Assembly (NCBI GenBank): GCA_965219575.1
Contig: OZ244779.1
Location: forward strand, 588,769 to 652,768
Source of the DNA: Candidatus Oxydemutatoraceae bacterium
GTDB taxonomy: Bacteria; Pseudomonadota; Gammaproteobacteria; Poriferisulfidales; Oxydemutatoraceae
Direction of reading: 5' to 3'
Length of the DNA stretch: 64,000 bases
The notes beneath the pieces are model-generated. The model did not search any database. It saw nothing but the letters and a program-made list of their open reading frames with translations, and had not been told where the DNA came from. Position numbers and translations under genes: made by a program. Each line of letters starts with the position of its first letter. The stretch's first letter is position 1. Shown here in pieces: positions 60,992-64,000 of the stretch.

Positions 60992-62427
60992 TGGCATCGG
61001 GAACCTTGTTGTGGTGTCTTGCAGTGCCGTTTGCGGCAGCTGCGTTGATTGTATTGAGCTATAAAAAACCGAACCTGATCAATACGATCAATACCGTCGC
61101 ACCGTTTATTTCGCTGCTTGCTTTGATATTGTTTGCAATGGATTATACGCCGATGCTCGACTCAAACATTGTGTTGTTGGATATCGTCGGCAATATCGGC
61201 ATTGCTTTTTCGGCGGAACCCTTGGGATTGATATTTGCCGGATTGGTTTGCATACTGTGGCCGGTGAGTTCGCTGTACGCAATGAGCTATATGTATAGGA
61301 ATAAGCTGAGACGGACTACGCACTTCTTTGCGTGTTATAGCCTTGCGATAGGCAGTGCTCTGGGCATTGCGTTTGCCGACAATTTACTCACGCTCTTTAT
61401 ATTCTACGAGATATTGAGTTTCAGTACCTACCCGTTGGTTGTTCATAGCCGTAGTGCCGAAGCCCTAAAAGCCGGGTGGCTTTATTTGCTGACACTGGTC
61501 GGCACGGCACTATTTTTACTAATCGCTATTATTTGGATCGGCTTCAACACCGGCACCTTGGATTTCGAGAAAGGCGGTATTATGCAAGGTAATGCGAGCG
61601 ACTTGGAGATTACCGTGTTGCTACTTTTGGTCGTCTTGGGCGCGTCTAAAGCTGCGATTATGCCGTTGCATCGCTGGTTGCCGAGTGCGATGGTGGCACC
61701 GGTGCCGGTCAGTGCCCTGCTCCACGCCGTCGCAGTCGTCAAAGCAGGTGTATTTACGATTATGAAACTCGTGGTCTATACATTCGGGATAGATACTCTA
61801 ACAGCGGTAGAAACCGACTGGTTTGTTTATCTTGCCGGCTTCACCGTTTTAGCAGCATCGGTTATTGCGATGCGACAAGCGCAGTTAAAAAAATTATTGG
61901 CATACTCGACGATCAGCCAGCTTTCTTATATCGTTTTGGGCATTGCGATATTGCATCCTGTCGCATTGCTGGGTGCCACGCTACATCTGGTCGCCCATGG
62001 TTTTGCCAAAATCACCTTGTTTTTCGGTGCCGGTGCGATTTACACGGCAAACGGTTATAGTCAGGTGCGAGAACTCGACGGTATCGGGCGCACGATGCCG
62101 TGGACGATGGGATTGTTCACGGTGGCAGCCCTCTCCATTATCGGGATGCCGCCGCTGATAGGATTGACCAGTAAATGGTTTTTATTGGAAGGTGCCGTTG
62201 CCTCCAAGACCTATGTTGCAATCGGCGTTTTTGTCGTCGGTAGCGTTTTGAGTGCCGCCTACTTATTGCCGATTATTCATCGAGCATTTTTCAGGTCTAG
62301 AGTTAATCTAAGCGGCGGCGAGGCACCGCTGGTGATGCGATTTGCAATGCTTGTTCCGGTGTTGATTTGCATACTGCTATTCTTTTATAACCGGAATATT
62401 ATCTCTTTGGTCGGGAACATATTATGA
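60988..62427 (+). CDS. Second MnhD-family proton-conducting subunit
   Basis: FIFYEIL, KAAIMPLHRWLPSAMVAPVPVSALLHAVAVVKAG, LAYSTISQLSY. Confidence 0.9.
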   Translation: MMASGTLLWCLAVPFAAAALIVLSYKKPNLINTINTVAPFISLLALILFAMDYTPMLDSNIVLLDIVGNIGIAFSAEPLGLIFAGLVCILWPVSSLYAMSYMYRNKLRRTTHFFACYSLAIGSALGIAFADNLLTLFIFYEILSFSTYPLVVHSRSAEALKAGWLYLLTLVGTALFLLIAIIWIGFNTGTLDFEKGGIMQGNASDLEITVLLLLVVLGASKAAIMPLHRWLPSAMVAPVPVSALLHAVAVVKAGVFTIMKLVVYTFGIDTLTAVETDWFVYLAGFTVLAASVIAMRQAQLKKLLAYSTISQLSYIVLGIAILHPVALLGATLHLVAHGFAKITLFFGAGAIYTANGYSQVRELDGIGRTMPWTMGLFTVAALSIIGMPPLIGLTSKWFLLEGAVASKTYVAIGVFVVGSVLSAAYLLPIIHRAFFRSRVNLSGGEAPLVMRFAMLVPVLICILLFFYNRNIISLVGNIL

Positions 62428-62642
62428 AAGAACATTGGTCGCGTAGCGTGCGTCGGTTGCTCTCTATTTTATTGCTGTTTGCCGGATTACTACTACTGTT
62501 GGAATTCCAACTCGGTGAACACGCCAAAAATATTACCGGGTTTTATGCCGGGGTCGGTTTTCTAGCTTGCATCGGATTAATCGCAACCGCCTTACTGCTC
62601 GGGAAAATAATAAAGCGAAAGGATAATCATTATGAGCGTTGA
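62424..62642 (+). CDS. Small 2-TM protein within mnh operon
   Basis: GFYAGVGF..C, KRKDNHYE end; overlaps both neighbours. Confidence 0.75.
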   Translation: MKEHWSRSVRRLLSILLLFAGLLLLLEFQLGEHAKNITGFYAGVGFLACIGLIATALLLGKIIKRKDNHYER

Positions 62643-64000
62643 TTGGTTAATGTCGCCGGGGCTGATCTTGTTCGGTGGTGCCGTTCTCGCCTACTATTTA
62701 AGAGGGCGCAGCAGGGTTATTTTGTTGTTGCTACCGTTGCTGTGTCTGGCAATGATTTGGCTGGGTGAGGACTCGGTGGTCGTCGAGTTGATGGGATATG
62801 AATTGATCCTCGTCCAAAAAAGTGCCTTGGGATTACTCTTTGCGACGACCTTCGCAGTGATGGCTTTAGGCGGCTTATGGTTCGCATTGAAACAAGCATC
62901 TCGCACCGAATTATCCGCCGCACAGCTGTACGCAGGTAGCTCAATCGGCTTGGTGCTTTGCGGCGACTTCATCACATTCTTTATATTCTGGGAGCTTATG
63001 GCAATCGGTTCAACTTGGATTCTATTCTCGACCGGTACGGCTACCTCTTTTAATGCGGCGATGCGTTATGCCCTGATACATTTATTTTCCGGCATGCTGT
63101 TACTGTGGGGCATCGTCGGTTTGATCGAACACAGCGGCGATGCCGGTTTACGTCTGCTCGGCTTATCGTCCATTTACGAGTGGTTGATACTCATAGGTTT
63201 TCTGATCAACGCCGGCGCACCACCGCTGTCGGCGTGGGTTGCGGACGCTTATCCCGAAGGAAGTATCGGCGGGAGTGTCTTTCTATCGGCGTTTACGACA
63301 AAATCGGCAGTCTTCGCCTTGCTGATCGTATTTGCCGGAACGACGATTTTGATTCCGATCGGATTGTATATGATTTTCTACGGCATCATCTACGCACTAC
63401 TGGAAAACGATATGCGCAGGATCCTTGCATATAGTATCGTCAATCAGGTCGGCTTTATGGTGGCAGGTACGGGTATCGGTAGCGAGATGGCAATCAACGG
63501 CGCAGCTGCCCATGCCTCGGTGCATATCCTCTATAAGGCTTTATTGTTTATGTCGGCAGGTAGCGTGTTATACGCAACCGGACAAAGAAAATGCTCCAAT
63601 CTCGGCGGACTGCATCGGGTCATGCGCCTAACGATGATCTGCGGGCTAATCGGTGCCGTCTCTATTTCGGCAGTACCTTTGACCTCGGGTTTCGTTATAA
63701 AATCACTGGTCGGCGACGCTGCGCTTGAAGCAGGAATGACTTGGGTTTGGGGTGCCTTGCTGATTGCCTCGGCCGGGATTATGCACGCCGGCATTATGTT
63801 CCCATGGTTCGTTTTTTTTCAAAACAAGCCACAACCCCATTCGGTTATTGCAGTGCCGACCAATATGAAAGCGGCAATGGTCTTTTTCTCGGTGCTATGT
63901 ATCGGTGTGGGTGTATTCCCTCACCTGTTCTACCAACTACTTCCTTACCCTATCGACTATCAGCCGTATACCTTTGCCCGTGTGGTGTCGCAATCCCAGC
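62632..64000 (+). CDS. Third MnhD-family subunit (runs off window end)
   Basis: ATG 62632 open to the end: FFIFWELM, AWVADAYPE, LSAFTTK, RRILAYSIVNQVG, YKALLFM. Confidence 0.9.
   Translation, partial: MSVDWLMSPGLILFGGAVLAYYLRGRSRVILLLLPLLCLAMIWLGEDSVVVELMGYELILVQKSALGLLFATTFAVMALGGLWFALKQASRTELSAAQLYAGSSIGLVLCGDFITFFIFWELMAIGSTWILFSTGTATSFNAAMRYALIHLFSGMLLLWGIVGLIEHSGDAGLRLLGLSSIYEWLILIGFLINAGAPPLSAWVADAYPEGSIGGSVFLSAFTTKSAVFALLIVFAGTTILIPIGLYMIFYGIIYALLENDMRRILAYSIVNQVGFMVAGTGIGSEMAINGAAAHASVHILYKALLFMSAGSVLYATGQRKCSNLGGLHRVMRLTMICGLIGAVSISAVPLTSGFVIKSLVGDAALEAGMTWVWGALLIASAGIMHAGIMFPWFVFFQNKPQPHSVIAVPTNMKAAMVFFSVLCIGVGVFPHLFYQLLPYPIDYQPYTFARVVSQSQ

Overview
Core-genome segment of a Gammaproteobacterium. 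Gene content and style suggest a marine, possibly host-associated (e.g. sponge) lineage, but that is inference. Housekeeping blocks: polA 3' end; argC-ftsK-lolA; smpB-NSS transporter-ratA-rnfH-bamE-fur-recN-nadK; dapF-yigA-xerC; mutM; tas; sulP; thiS-thiG-trmB; bcp; fdxA-addB-like; xth; gyrB; aroQ-accB-accC; mpl; yaaA; tRNA-fMet-panD; ppc; and an mnh/mrp Na+/H+ antiporter operon running off the end. Five kinds of accessory material interrupt them. (i) A dense family of mosaic non-coding repeats built from GGGGCTGTTGAAAAAGTA terminal inverted repeats (TIRs), GTAG-type REP hairpins and other modules. They abut or supply the stop codons of several genes, and one TIR pair encloses a whole rpn gene. 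(ii) Six AT-rich sulfotransferase-like or fucosyltransferase-like genes; two pairs were tandemly duplicated together with the 5' end of the next housekeeping gene. (iii) Three tandem paralogues of a small secreted protein sharing a near-invariant C-terminus, IRSKVFLE(G/S)PLQ. (iv) Two inverted rpn (PD-(D/E)XK) genes with internal start sites. (v) An intact IS1595-family element, a HEPN/MNT toxin-antitoxin pair, a Fic gene and two small DUF1640-like cassettes. All calls come from reading the sequence and ORF track by eye; no database searches were run.
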